A stretch of 64,000 nt of DNA, taken from assembly GCF_009914755.1 (NCBI RefSeq), contig NC_060940.1; one strand, given 5' to 3'. Position numbers and translations under genes: made by a program. Of the stretch, positions 41,715 through 55,016 are shown piece by piece. The notes below the pieces were generated by a model. That model made no database searches, was not told the origin of the DNA, and saw only the letters and a list, made by a program, of their open reading frames with translations. Origin of the DNA: the human T2T-CHM13v2.0 reference genome, Homo sapiens. Numbering within the stretch: position 1 is the first letter of the stretch; the number at the start of each line of letters is the position of its first letter.

Positions 41715-42415
41715 GACTAATACAAATACTATTCAGGCTTTGAAAAGAAGGAAATCCTGCCATTTGCAACAACATGGATAAATCTGGAGGGCACTATGCT
41801 AAGTAAAATAAGTCAGGAACAGAAAGACAAATGTCACATGATCTAATGATCCAATTTATAAGTGAAACTTAAAAAAGTCAAACTCATAGAGCCAGGAAGT
41901 AGAATGTTGATTACCAGGGGGTTGGGTAGGGGTAACAGTGAGTTGGGGGAAATGGAGAGGCCTTTGTTAAAGAATGCAAAGACATGGGATCAACCTAAAT
42001 GCCCATCAATAATGGCCTGGATAAAGACAATATGATACATATACACTGTGCAATACTATGCAGCCATAAAGAAGCATGAGATCACATCCTTTGCAGCAAC
42101 GTGGATGGAACTAGAGGCTATTATCCTAAGCTAATTAACACGGGAACAGAAAACCAAATACTGCATGTTTTCACTTATAAGTGGGAGCTAAGCATTGAGT
42201 ACATATGGACATACAAATAAGAACAATTGACACTGGGGCCTACTTGAGGGTGAAGGGTGACAGGAGGGTGAGGATCAAAAAACTACCTATTGGGTACTAT
42301 GCTTATTATCTGGGTCATAAAACAATCAGTACACAAAACCCCCATAGCATCCAATTTGCTTATGTAATGAACCTGCACATGTATTCCCCAACCTAAAATA
42401 AAACAAAACAAAACC
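41715..42415 (+). mobile_element. L1 3' end fragments
   Basis: ggaaatcctgccatttgcaacaacatggata and gttttcacttataagtgggagcta. Confidence 0.8.
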
Positions 42416-42539
42416 CTACAGTGGTTTCCAAATGCCCTTGGAGCAAATTTTGAACTCTGTAATTCAGTCTACACTGCCCTCTGACTAACTGTCCTGCCAT
42501 TATCTCCTGGAGAGAAAGCCTTCATATCCTGCTTTAAGG

Positions 42540-42935
42540 CTGCCCTAACAGGATAGGTGGCTTAAACAACATAATTGATTTTCTCACAGTGCTGGAGGCT
42601 GGAAGTCCACAATCAAGATACTGGCAGAGTTTGTTCCTTCTGAGGGCTATGGAGAAAGAAAAGATCTGTTCCAGGCCTCTCTCCTTGGTTTGTGGATGCC
42701 TATCTTCATGTTCATGTGTTGTAAGCCTCATTAATGTGCATCTCTGTGTCCAGATTTCTTCTTTTTATAAGTGCACCAGTCATACTGAGTTAGGGCCCAT
42801 CCCAATGACCTCAAGTTAACAAAGTTATCCTTGTAAAGACCCTATTTCCAAATAAGGTCACATTCTAAGGTATTCGGGGTTGGGACCTCAAAATATGAAT
42901 TTGGGGAGGCGGAGGATACAATTCAACCCATAAAA
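42540..42935 (-). mobile_element. MLT1-type MaLR LTR
   Basis: ggtggcttaaacaac...tctcacagtgctggaggctggaagtcc...aattcaacccataa. Confidence 0.7.
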
Positions 42936-43804
42936 AGTACAGCATATTCTTTCTTTCTCTCTCACTCCCTGTCTCCATCTTTTCTTACTCTCTCTCCTTT
43001 AGTCTTTTGACATTTTTTTTCAGGTGTTACTATTCACCACCATCTCTTTTCCTGGGGCTCACTCTAACCTCTTCCCTCTGCCTGGAACATTCACCAGATC
43101 TTCACAGGGCGGTTCCTTCTCTTCACTCTTATCTCTCAGAGAGGTCTTCTCTGGCCAACCTACCCAAGATCAGTCCCTCCTTCTGCTCCATCAAGGTATC
43201 AATTTTTCCTGTTTTATTTTCTTTGTCACATTATCCATCATCTAAAATAGTCGTTTAAAATTTGCCTACTTGATGTTGCACGTGTTGCTGTATAGAATGT
43301 TAACTTTCATGAAGACAGGGACTTGGACCCTTTTCATTCCAGCTGTGCCCCACCTCCTACTACAGAGCTTGGTGCTTAGTAAGTCCTTGTGGTGGATTTA
43401 AAGATGGCTGTAAATTCTTTGGCAACCTTCCCATTGAAAGATGGGGCTATTTCTGGCTGTCTACTCACCCTTGAATCTTGGCTGGCTTGTGATTTCTTTT
43501 CTGCAATAGAATGTCATAGACATAGCTATGCTGGTTTAGGCCTAACCTTTATCAAGACTGGCAATTTCTCCCATGGTCTTGGGGAGTCTGGACCACCATG
43601 AAAGAAGCCAGACTACCTATGAAGGGCCTTGATATGGTTTGGCTCTGTGTCCCCACCAAAATCCCGTGTTGAATTATAATTCCCAATGTTGGGGGAGGGA
43701 CCTGGTGGGAGGTGATTGGCTCATGGAGGTGGATTTTCCCCTTGCTATTCTCTTAATAGTGAGTAAGCTCTCATGAGATCTGATGGTTTAAAAATGTGTA
43801 GCTA

Positions 43805-43980
43805 ATTTAAAAATTATCTGGGAGTGATAGTGTGTGCCTGTAGTCCCAGCTACTTGGGAGGCTGAGGCAGGTGGATTGTTTGAGGCTAGGAGTCACACAA
43901 TAAGTGGTGATTGCCCCACTGCACTCCAGCCCAGGTGACAAAGCAAGATCTTGTTTTAAAAAAAAAAAAAAAAAAAAAAC
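43805..43980 (+). mobile_element. Alu right-monomer fragment, preceded by an MST/THE1 LTR fragment (43629-43800)
   Basis: cctgtagtcccagctacttgggaggctgagg...cactgcactccagcc and polyA. Confidence 0.8.
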
Positions 43981-44239
43981 TGTTAAAAGTACATGAATCC
44001 AGTTTCTCAATTGGAAAACACAAGACAGTACTCTATTTTATTATATTATTATATCCCAGAAATATTCTGTCCCTCAGAAAGAAAAAAATAGCAATTACTG
44101 ATTCTTACTTGCTTAATTTTCTCCAAGCTACTTATCACAGCCTGTCCTATTTTATGTTTCGCTTATAAATCTTAATAATTGTCTGCCTCTGCCTCCCACA
44201 CCCCCTACAAGTAGACTGAGTTCTGTGAGGTAGAAAACT

Positions 44240-44476
44240 CTTTTTTTTTTTTAATGGAGATACAGGTCTTGCTTGAGTTCAGTGGCACTGTGGCCTCAAC
44301 CTCCTGGGCTCAAATGTACAGCACCATGCAAGGTTAATTTCATTTATTTTTTATTTTTCATAGAGATGGAGTCCCCCGTGTTGCCTAGGCTTGTCTCAAA
44401 CTCCTAAACTCAAGTGATCCTACTGCTTCTACCTCCCAAAGTGCTGAGATTAGAGGTGAGCCACTATGCCTGGCCG
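44240..44476 (-). mobile_element. Degenerate Alu (AluJ-like)
   Basis: PolyT...ctcccaaagtgctgagattagaggtgagccactatgcctggcc. Confidence 0.8.
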
Positions 44477-44583
44477 GAAACTGTTGTTGTTTTTATTGTT
44501 TAAAAAGCTGTGTCCCAGGGCATAGGATAATACCAGGCACTAGCAGTAGTCGCTTGTCAGATAAATGAAAGCAAGACATTGGA

Positions 44584-44600
44584 TGCCACCAGGTGGAAAA
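44584..44600. promoter_or_regulatory. CTCF-like motif
   Basis: GCCACCAGGTGGAA on +, CCACCTGGTGGCA on -; each is one mismatch from the core CCACCAGGTGGCA. Confidence 0.4.
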
Positions 44601-47600
44601 AGTAGCTATTAGCAATTGGGTTTTTCCTGTTTTTCTTTTGCGGCTATATCGGTTGGGCGAGTCTGGGAATCTTGGAGGAGTGGTGGGGGTATCGACCACG
44701 ACACACCTTCGCCCAGGTGTGTCCTTGTCGCTACCTTTGGCTAATTGAGCTATATTTATCAGGTCTGGCTCTGCCAAAGAAACTTAATCTTTGGCTAGTA
44801 CCATCCTTAGAAGGAAACAATTAACTTGAAAATCAGCTGGACCACTGCAAACAAGAAACTCTACAGTGTTAAGGCACTATGTACTAAGGTAGCTAAGGGC
44901 ATTGGGATAAAGATTTCATTTTCAGAAAATAATAAAGTTGCTAAAGCTGAGATCTGTCCTAATGCCATTTAATCACATTATTACTAGATTGGCCCTGGAG
45001 CCACCCAGAACCAGCTCACTGTCTGGGCTGTTCTGTACCCCATACTGTGATTCAGGAAACCCAAGTCTGTTACAAAAGCCAATTATTGAGAGGTGAGAGT
45101 CCCTGGGCCTATCCCCTTCCAAGGTGACCATGCCCAGGCAGAGAGCCCCTGAACACCAAGACAGCATCTAGCTTCTAGGGTAATACCGGCTGAAATGCTG
45201 ATCCATGTGCCCAGGTCAGAATCACAGTGATGGACATTCTTGAGGCTTTTCCTGTTCTGCTCAGACTGCTGGAGAGATGAAGAAAGGACCTGACAGCTAG
45301 CGAGTTCTCTCTTGCAGGGGAGGCCAGAGGGAGCTCCAAAGAGTGCTAACCATAGCACACATAAGTAAGAAGAGAGAAGATAACTAAGCTCTGCACCATC
45401 TGGCTCTCTCCAGATTCTCCCTCAGATATCACTGGAAAGATTCACAAATAGACAGCATTATTTACTGCTAGGGAGGAGAACTGTGATAGTGGTGGGTGAG
45501 TGTTTTTACTAAAATTCTTTAACAGCTTCCGAGCATCCTTTGGTATTAGGTATAGGCAAGGTAAACAAAATGACAAGAGAAGGCAATGATGGTTCTTTGA
45601 GGATGGTGCTATCACTTAGTAGGCCCCTTTGTGAACTACAAGTTTCAGATATCATGTTCTCTCATAAATTCTTCTGCTCAGCTCACTGGGTTGTCTAATC
45701 CTCCATCTGACACAAATCAATTGTGGGTCATTTGATTAGATGAGCTCTTCATCCAGCTCCCAGTCCCATAATCTCTGTTTCTCTTATTCCAGGATCCTCT
45801 TCTTTTTAGAGTATCCAGCTCCTGTATGGACATAGGAGATGGGAGGTCACCCAAGAGTGGATTAAAAAAATGACCAAAACAAAGTCTTGACTCCATCAAA
45901 AAGCTGGATCTTCATATCTGTGCATACCCTCCTCTCCCGACCCAACCTCCCATGTCTGCTAATTTCTCCCTTCACATCCTCTTCTGTGGGCAGGCAGCCT
46001 CTCTTGATTGACTGACCAAAGGTATACAAAATGAAGCAAAGGGTTATTCTGTTCATAGTCCACACAGCCCCTAGATTGCAGAGGCAGCTTGATTCACTTG
46101 CCCCAACCCGTCCTTCACACTCGCACCTCTTAAACATTCGTTTCTTCCTAGTTGTTTACCTGAACCCTGATAGGTGCTTCCACAGACATGGTCTGCAGCA
46201 ATCTCTACTGCATCTTGGTGGTGATGCTGGATCATTCTTATCGACTGGATGGGGTACCCTAAGTTCAGTGTGGGCAGGCACTTCCCATTAGTAATAGAAC
46301 TAGAACTCAGACTCATAGCCTTCAATTCTAAAAGTTAGCTACTTTTCCCATGGATCCTTGACTACTTCCTTTTAGGTAAAATGACACTACTTGCCCTGCC
46401 TTTTGGGTTTTCCTCGTGGTTCCATCCTTCCCTTCTCTTCCTATTCAAATGTTTCTCAAACTTCAGCCATCGATTCCTCACCTGCATTGATTTTTTTTTT
46501 TTGCTACAATCATACACTATTACCTCTGTTTTTATTTACTCCATATTTTTACATTGCTTCTCTTAAAAAACTTTTCAAAGAAAAAAATTAATGAAAATGC
46601 TGTGAATTCCTACTATAATTAAAACATAAGTTTTACATGCCACAAACAGGTAAAATGAAAGGTGAATACGATAAAATCACAAATGTTAGTGTTATTATGT
46701 CTCATTTGGGTATAGTTGCCTGCCAATTATTTGAGATTAGTCTTGTTCTCTTTTTGTTAAAGAAAAAACTAAGGTTTTATCAGTTACTTATCACTATCAT
46801 ATTGTTGGATAACAAACAACTCTCAAATCTCAGTGGCTTACACCAACGCATTTTTTCTCTCTCACGGGTCTGCAGGTTGTCTGGGGAGGCTCTGCTTTAG
46901 GCAAAGGGTCAGGTTTAAGTCTTTTCTGGAAGGCTTTCTTTGGGAGACTTCTGACTCTCCAAGGCATGCTGCTCTCATGAAGATGGCAGATGCCTCACAA
47001 ATAAATTCAAACCATGTACACATGTTTAAAAAGTCCACTTGTGTTATGCTCACAAACATTCCAGTAGCCAAAAAGCTGTTGAACCAGCTCAACCTCAGAG
47101 GAACAGAGAACAATTTTCTTCCCATGGGGTGGGTTGCACAGTAAATAGAGATTAAATATTTGCTGAATAACAAATATACTCTACCACAAAGGAGGGAAAG
47201 GTATAGAAATATCAAAATAAACTTTCTGGCGTAATTGAAAAGAACTGGAAAAGGACTGCCTTTGACCAATCATAATTTATGTCCTAGTGGTGAGCTCATT
47301 GCTATTCTGACCAAAATTAGAGTCCTTTTAGCAAGAAACAAGGTGTAGTGCAGGTAGGTGGTTGTGGGGAGTGGCTGTTGGGTAGGAGAAAAATGAGTTT
47401 GCAGCAGTTTTTCAGTTTCCTCTCTTTCATAAGCTGCTTCCCTGATTCTGTACCTTTTCTTTTGTTCTTTCCCCTTCATGTTTATTAAAAGAGTGAACTA
47501 CATTAGTGATTCCTATTTCTTTTCACTTTTCACTGATAAGCTCACAACTATCAGTCTCCTATCCATAATTACTCAATTTAACTATTTTTGTTTGGTTTTT

Positions 47601-47678
47601 GATAATAACTTATCTAATATTCTTGCTGCCAAGTGCAATAGATCCCTTTTGGCTCCTACTCATGGCGTTCTCAGCAGT

Positions 47679-48047
47679 TGATATGGTTTGACTCTTCCCC
47701 CACCACCAACAAATCTCATCTTGAATTGTAGCTTGCATAATCCCCATGTGTCATGAGAGGGACCAAGTTGGAGGTAATTGAATCATGAGGGTGGGTTTTT
47801 CCTGTGATGTTCTCATGACAGTAAATAAATCTCATGAGATCTGATGGTTTTATAAAGGGCAGATCCCCTGCACACACTCTCTTGCCTGCCACCATGTAAG
47901 ATGTGCCTTTGCTCTTCCTTCACCTTCTGCCATGATTGTGAGGCCTCCCCAGCCATGTGGAACTGTGAATCTATTAAATCTCATTTTCTTTATAAATTAC
48001 CCAGTCTTGGGTATTTCTCTATAGAAGTATAAAAATGGACTAATACA
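47679..48047 (+). mobile_element. THE1-type solo LTR
   Basis: TGATATGGTTTG...CTAATACA with 5-bp TSD GCAGT. Confidence 0.88.
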
Positions 48048-48624
48048 GCAGTGCTAATCAACTCTTCTTGAATTGCTGTCTTTCATCCTTTTGTCATCAT
48101 GCCTGCCTTTTCTGATTCTTTGCTCTCAGTAGTGTCCATGAGATCATCTTCCTCTCAATATTGTTTAAATATTACTGTTCTCCAAAGGCTCATCTTCAAC
48201 CAACAGTTCTCCTTCCAAATGCGCTCTTTGTTTGTCTCATTCTCTCCTGTTATGTAGCTAATTCCCTAAAACACATTTAAAGCCTTGACCTCTCTCTGAT
48301 TTCAAATTAAATATCTAACCAATTACCAATGAAATATATATCATATTGGCTTTATATAGATACTCTAAGTTAGCCTGACCACAAATGAACTCAATGCTTC
48401 TGCCTTAAAACCTGTTCTACTGAGAAAGGGCTATAAGGAAAGACCTGAGTGTACTTAATAAAAACCCTAGACATCATCCTTCCTTCCATGCCCCCTTTCC
48501 CTTTACACCATCTCCCATATTGAGTCATTAAGTCACCAATTTATAAGAGGAAGGAATTGTTCTTCTAAGCATTTATCAAATTCCCCTTTAATAAATGACT
48601 GCTCAGCTACCAGGGTAACCATTT

Positions 48625-49105
48625 AAAATACATAGTTGATTAAGTGCATTGCTCTCCTTAAGATACTTTCATGACTCAGCATTACTTTCCAGATAAAGTC
48701 CAAACTCTTTATCATATGACCATTTCCTCTGTCATTCTACAAGCTGAATCTGATGCTGAAATAAAATTGAGTGTAACTGAAGTTACTCCCCTCCTCCAGG
48801 ATATTTATGTACAAGTTCCTTTTCTATCTACAGATAACAGCATGAAGTCTGGGACACCTCATGCCATCAACACATCCACAAATGCACTTTGCTCTGTGCA
48901 TTTGTGGAATGCACAGAGTCTGGAAAAGGAGTCTGGAAATCCTTTAGACCTAATGATTAACTGGAGATGTTGAGAATATACCATACTTGGCCACAGAGCT
49001 TGTAATCATTACTTCTTGGGTTTGGGGGTTATTGGGGCTTGTGGTCCCCTTTGTCTTAAATATTTTATTGGGGTGATCTTTCTCCAATGTTTTGGAGAGT
49101 TGCTA
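48625..49105 (+). repeat. Old diverged direct copy of ~55475-55935 (inverted copy at ~33655-34115)
   Basis: Colinear shared blocks: tactttcatga, ataaagtccaaactc, tacaagttcct, ctcatgccatcaacacat, cttgggtttgggggttattgg. Confidence 0.9.
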
Positions 49106-49944
49106 GACCACTGAATCCTATGGCCCATAGTATTGGAGTTTGCTGTCTTCCCTGCCCAGAAGAGGAAGCCTGGTCTTTTGTGTACAGAGGAAATGATGTG
49201 GGAGCAAATTAACACCTCCTGAGTCAGGAATACTCCTCATGTTGTTGAGTTTCCTGCCAGTTAGGCTGTATAGTCCCCTGCAGTGACTATAGGACAGAGG
49301 GCATAAATTGCTGGTAGAAAGAAGAACTGAAGATGCCAGGTACAGAAATTCAATAGCAGAGACTGGGTTCTTGGTTCCACTCCTCCTACCCCCTGTCCCA
49401 CAGCCTCCATGACTTCGCTGAACAGTTGTTTGTAGAGTTTACTGGCACAGATTGCTCCCCAACCCTAGACAGCTTTTTCACTCTTATTTTATCGACTATA
49501 GGACTAATAGAAAGGCAAAATATTTCTTCAATCTACCTTGCTATCAAAGTGCAAAACTAAAAGTAGACTAAGACGAGCTCAGTCTTCAGCCTGGATCCCA
49601 GAATATTTACGCCATAGATGGAGCTGATCTGAGTCTAGCATGACCATTTCCAATGCAGAGACCCACAGTGGGGTGAAAATATATATGGTTAGAAGCTACT
49701 GAGATGTTCGGGATGTTTGTAACTGTAGTGAATGCTGACTAATGCAAGTAACATCTATTTCTTTAAATTGAGTCTTGGCTAATACATCTTGAATACTATG
49801 TACCTAGAGAACGGGGCTAATGCAACCACTTTATAAATTACAGCTGCTGTACTTGTTGTTTCCACATACATTGGTTCCAGGGAGTGTAGTTCTAAGGCTG
49901 TGTAGGCTGGTCTTTCAATTTCACCAAAGGTACCATAAGGAGGT

Positions 49945-50170
49945 TGCAGAACCTGGGAGTTTGAGACCAGCTTGGGCAACATAGTGAGACCCCATCTCTA
50001 CAAAAATAAAATTAATTATTTGGGCTTGGTGGTGTGCACCTGTAGTCCCAGCTACTCAGTAGGTTGAGACCAGAGTATCACTTAAGCACAGGAAGTTGAG
50101 GCTGCGGTGATCAGGCCACTGCACTCCAGGCTAGGTAACAGAACAAGACCCTATCTCAGAAAAAAAACAA
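49945..50170 (+). mobile_element. 5'-truncated Alu (AluJ-like)
   Basis: ggagtttgagaccagcttgggcaacatagtgagacccc...cactgcactccagg. Confidence 0.8.
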
Positions 50171-50629
50171 TGAGGTGGAAAATAGAGAGGAAAAAAGTAA
50201 GAATTGGGAGTAAAGAGTGGATACAGAGATGCCACAATGCTGGGTCAGACAGACCTGAGCTCAAATCCGAGCTAGATTACAGCTATTGCCTAACCTTGCT
50301 GGGCAGAGCTCCCATTTCTCTTATCTGTCTTTGAGGCTGGCTCACATCACCTCTCTTGAGATAAATATCTATCTAACCATCTTTATACATTATCTGTATC
50401 TTATACACACACATACATCTATATATACATACAAACACATACATACACATATATAGATACAGATATAGATCGCTTTATCTTGACTGCATGGTTCCTCTAT
50501 TGGCTTTCCTCCCCAAACTGTGACCTACCACCCACTGTCCTCTAAAAATAGAATAAAATTCTTTCAATGTCTCTGCTCCCTGCACAAAAATTTTACTGCT
50601 AAAAACTATTAATACAAGTAACAATGGAT

Positions 50630-51000
50630 TTTTTTAAACTTTATTTTAGGTTCAAGAGTACATATGCAGGTTTCTCACATAAATAAGCTTGTGTCATGAG
50701 GGTTTGTTGTACAGATTATTTCATCACCCAGGTATTAAGCTTAGTGCCCATTATTTACTTTTTCCTGATCCTCTCCCTTCTCTCACCCTCTACCCTCCAT
50801 AGTCCCTCGTGTATATTATTTCCCTTTATGCATCCATGTGGTCTCATCATTTAGCTCACACTTACAAGTGAGAACATGTGGTATTTGGTTTTCTGATTCT
50901 GAATTAGTTTGCTAAGGATAATGGCCTCCAGCTCCATCCATGTCCCTGCAAAGGCCAGGAAGTCATTCTTTTCTATGGCTGCATAGTATTCCATGGTGTA
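50630..51000 (-). mobile_element. L1PA/L1PB 3' end
   Basis: gattatttcatcacccaggtattaagc...gctgcatagtattccatggtgta. Confidence 0.85.
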
Positions 51001-53144
51001 TAACAGAAATTCCAAACACTAGAGAAATTATGTCATTTCAAAATTCTGTAGACTCTTTGGGTCACTGAAAGCCAGTGAGCCTGAGGTGTGGTCTTTTGAG
51101 CCAGTCCTGGACTACCTTATTAACATTTCTGTGGAACTCTTTTTCTCAGTCACATCTTCATTTCATCCTTTTTGATTTGCTCTGTTTTTACTTCTAGGGA
51201 CAGATGTCCTGTTTATTATGTTAGAGCATAGACGGAGAATTAAAGATGGAGGGAGGAGTGAGGAAGCTAAGAGGCAGGCTTAGGAGTGTGGACGATGTAG
51301 TCAGCATGTTTGAGTTCAAATCCTGGCTCTACTGCTCACTTGCTCTGTGATCTTAGGCAGGTTACTTTGCCTTTGAGAGCCTCAGGCTTCTCAAAAGTAA
51401 AATGGAGTATGAAAAATACATCCTTTTATAGAACTGTGATATTGATTAAAGGAGATAGCATATTTAAGGTACTTTTTGCAGATTCCAGTTCATGATAAGC
51501 ACTCTAAAAGCTACTGTTGCTAACATGTATTGAGCACTCAGTGTGTGCCAGGCAGTTAGCTAAGCAGTGGACAAAAATTAAGTCCTTTTGTTCTTATAAC
51601 CCCAAGATACATACTGTCATTGTCTCCTTTTTATACATGAGAAACTGAGGCTGAGAACAGCAAAATTAACTTTCCTAAAGCAATTCATTCAGGTAGTTGC
51701 AGAAGTGGGTTTTGAAATTATTTCTGCCTGGCTCCAAAGCTAAGGCCTGTATCGCTACCAGAGGGAGAGTTGTTTTATAAGCCTCTTGCTTCCATTAGGT
51801 AGGATGGATAACCTCCAAGCTATAGCCTCACTCTCAGCTTTCTCCCAGCTTTAACATGTGAAATGTTGCCCAGAGAATTCCCTAATGGAGAGGCCTCAGT
51901 CTTCGCACCATGTGGTTGAGGATTTGCAAGAATAAGGCCTGCATCTGTGGATCAATTGTCATCAAAGATCCATTTATGCCTCCAAAATTGAAATGCAGAA
52001 AGTCGACAGGGGTAGCCCAGTTTTCCTCCAGATTTTGGTCTTAATTAACCTCTAGTTTGACTTTTGAAATGTACGTGTTTGACAACCTTTTCAAAGGTAC
52101 CTCTGATTCCCAGAGACAGGATCCAGAGTACCGAAGTGTTCTAACAGAGGCCCTTCCCACTTTCTGCTGCTCCTGATTTCCTCCAGGGCCTAGAACAACG
52201 ATATTTCTTGATTGTCCAGCTGAACATCACAGAGATCCTACACCCTAGCTCATTTACACTACAAAATCCAAAGCATTTCTTCAAAGCTATGTGATTTTTC
52301 AGGGGACCACAAATGATATCTATTTTAGCCAATAAGATATCATGACCAGAGCACGTGATTCTGCTGACAAAGCTCAATCAGTGGGGACACTGTGGATGCA
52401 AACGTGAGGACCATCCACATCTCATCTAAGAACAGTCATCCCTTTCATCCATGCACAGGAATGCCTCCTTCATAGCTCTTTTTCAAGATCACTTACCTAC
52501 CCCAATTCCTCTCAGAGCAGGGAAAAGGGAAGCAACAACCCAATCTTAAATGTTGTAAAGCCTACTTACTAACAAATTTCTTGGTTGAAAAGCCTTCAAA
52601 CTCACTGGTTGGGAAGCAACTTCTGGAGATTGCTCTCAGTCCTGAGCTACCAAGAAAATTAAGTGCCTGCCAAGCTAATTCTTGCATCACAGCCTTTGCA
52701 TTCACCTTTTTCTCAGCCTAGAATATTATCTGTCCATTTTTAAAACCCTGGGTCCTGCTTATCTTCTAGGTCTGGCTCTTACCACTGGGGCACATGTCTT
52801 TTCAAGCTTGTGCTTCCCTACATTCTCTGATTCCAGCCATCCTTTGTCCTAACAGAGAGTATCACAATGCAGTTCCTTAGAAGGGGAAGCAGATAAACCA
52901 AGAAACAGGAAAGAGGAGAGGCCCGCCTTCTTTGGAAAGGCACACCAAACATCACTGTTCAGAGCTTGGCATTCTTTGAGAAATTTACCTTCAATAGCAA
53001 TGCAAAATAGAAGATCAGAAGATCAGATAAGCTTGCAACAGCCCAGACCTTGCCTGCAGGAGCAAACTGTCCTTGTTGACAACCCATCCCATGTGACAAC
53101 CAATGCTGTAAATATTGGATGGAGCCAGAGAAGTTTATCCTGGA

Positions 53145-53315
53145 GAAGGAAGGGAGGAATGAAGGAAAAAGGAAGGAAGGAAAAAAGGAAGGAGGGAAGG
53201 AAAAAAGGAAAGAAAGAAAAAAGGAAGGAAGAAAGGAAGGAAAAATGAAACAAGGAAGGAAGGAAAAAAGGAAGGAAGAAAGGAAAGAAGCAGAAAAGGA
53301 AGGAAGGAAGGAAGG
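53145..53315. repeat. (GGAA)n-like purine simple repeat
   Basis: Seen directly in sequence. Confidence 0.9.
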
Positions 53316-53404
53316 AGCCTATCTTTCTTGTTCCTGCTCAGCTAATAATCACTGTGAAGAATTTGGACAATTTCTCATCTGTGAACTGAAGGAGTTGAAC
53401 TAGA

Positions 53405-53600
53405 ATAGAGTGTCTCAATATCGCACTAGTCATGTGCTGGGTCCAGTAGTTCTTAGTTGTGGGGGCTGCCCAGTGTGCTGTAGGATGTTAGTAGCATCTA
53501 CCCACTAGATGCAAGTAACGCCTATCCTCATTGGAGACAACCTAAAATATGTCAGTGTCCCTAGGGGTCAGTTTTCTCCCAAATGAAATTCATGGGATTA
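53405..53600 (-). mobile_element. MER20-like hAT DNA transposon
   Basis: tgtgggggctgcccagtgtgctgtaggatgtt...tctacccactagatgc matches reversed MER20. Confidence 0.6.
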
Positions 53601-54514
53601 CATTATCTCTTCCATTCTGAAAGTTATTAGTCCTAGTTTTCTGATCTATTAAAGGAGAATTTTTAAAGTGCATTTTGGCTGACTTCTTAAGACCACCTAG
53701 AGAGCCAAATGAATGAATGACTTAAAAAGATGAAAAATTAGAGACAGCAGGTCAGATTATAACTAAGGATGCCCTTGAAAGGGAGCTGAGTTCAAATTCC
53801 AGTTCTGCCACTTACTGGCTGTTGGTATCCCTCTGGGCGTCAGGACGCATGAACTGGTAAATGGGTTAGTAATGAAATCAGGTTATATATGAAGAAATCC
53901 TGGAATACAACAAAGGCTCACTAAATCTCAGCTCTTGTTCTTTTATTGAAAAATCATCTGGTACTAGAATTGTTTGAAGCCCCTGGAAATACCTACCATT
54001 GTTCTTCCTACTCTTCTATAAGTTTCTTTAAAGTCAGAGTCTCTCCCTGGGTTCCCCAGAACACGGACCCCAAGGCAGAGGCTTAGGTGGCATTATTTTA
54101 TTAAGAAGCATGATCTTGGGGAGCAAAAATGGATGCTAAACAGTGAGAGAGCCAATATGAAAAGAGAGAGAGCCAATATGAAAAAGTATTATCAAGCTGG
54201 CCGCTGCTACATGTGACAGATGGCTTGATCACAGAGAATGAATTTCCAAGAAGCTGTAGCAACCATGTCTGCCAGATAAAGGGGAGGCATTCACTGGCTT
54301 TCACTTCCCATTAGTCAAAGGTTTGACCAATTGGAGCAATACCTTCCCTGTACCCCCAGGTGATGCATGCATGGTGCTAAGTGGGATTATGCAGCATCCC
54401 ACACCCTGGTCTCAACAGGGGGACCTATGTGTAGGTAACAAGAGGTCCATGGTGCATGCATGATGAAAGGTACTGTCAGGGTTGGTTGGACATATTTGCT
54501 GTGGCAAACCTCAG

Positions 54515-54745
54515 AATGGGGTTTCTTAACTTTGGCACTATTAACTGTTTGGCCAGATAATTCTCCATTATTGGTGGTTGTCCTATGATATTAAGATGTT
54601 TAGCAGCAACCCTAGCCTCTACCTCTAGATACCAATCATACAACCCCTCCCCCGGACATGATAAAAAATGTCTCCAAACATTACCAAATGTCTTGGAGGC
54701 AGGGAAGAGGACACAAAGCCCCCAGGTGAGACCCACTGGTCTAGG
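54515..54745 (-). mobile_element. MER20-like hAT DNA transposon
   Basis: ggtttcttaactttggcactattaac...aaaaatgtctccaaacattaccaaatgtc. Confidence 0.65.
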
Positions 54746-55016
54746 ACAAGGGGCACATGATGCAACACTCTGAAGTGTGTATTAAAGGTGTCTTCTTCAG
54801 ACAGAGCAGCCTCTTGTCCTCCTCTGCTCCTCTGCACCTGGCAGAGTGACAGGTGCTCACTCAGTTCCCCATGCACGGTGAATGAATGCATGCACATTTT
54901 CAAGAGATTCCTCCTCAGTTTTCTAGTTTTATTCACTCTATGATTTCCCCTATAAAATCTGTATGTGACTGACTGTAATGACTATCTCATATGCCCAGTA
55001 CAAAAGTACACCTTAA

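Noticed and set aside
44795-44796. Arithmetic centre of the inverted duplication lies close to the CpG hairpin
   Set aside because: The spacer is not symmetric and its length depends on many insertions, so the proximity is probably coincidence
44990-46300. Exon-like segments in the spacer (AG...GTGAG) as a possible ACSM pseudogene
   Set aside because: Trial translations gave no acyl-CoA synthetase motifs and several frames contain stops
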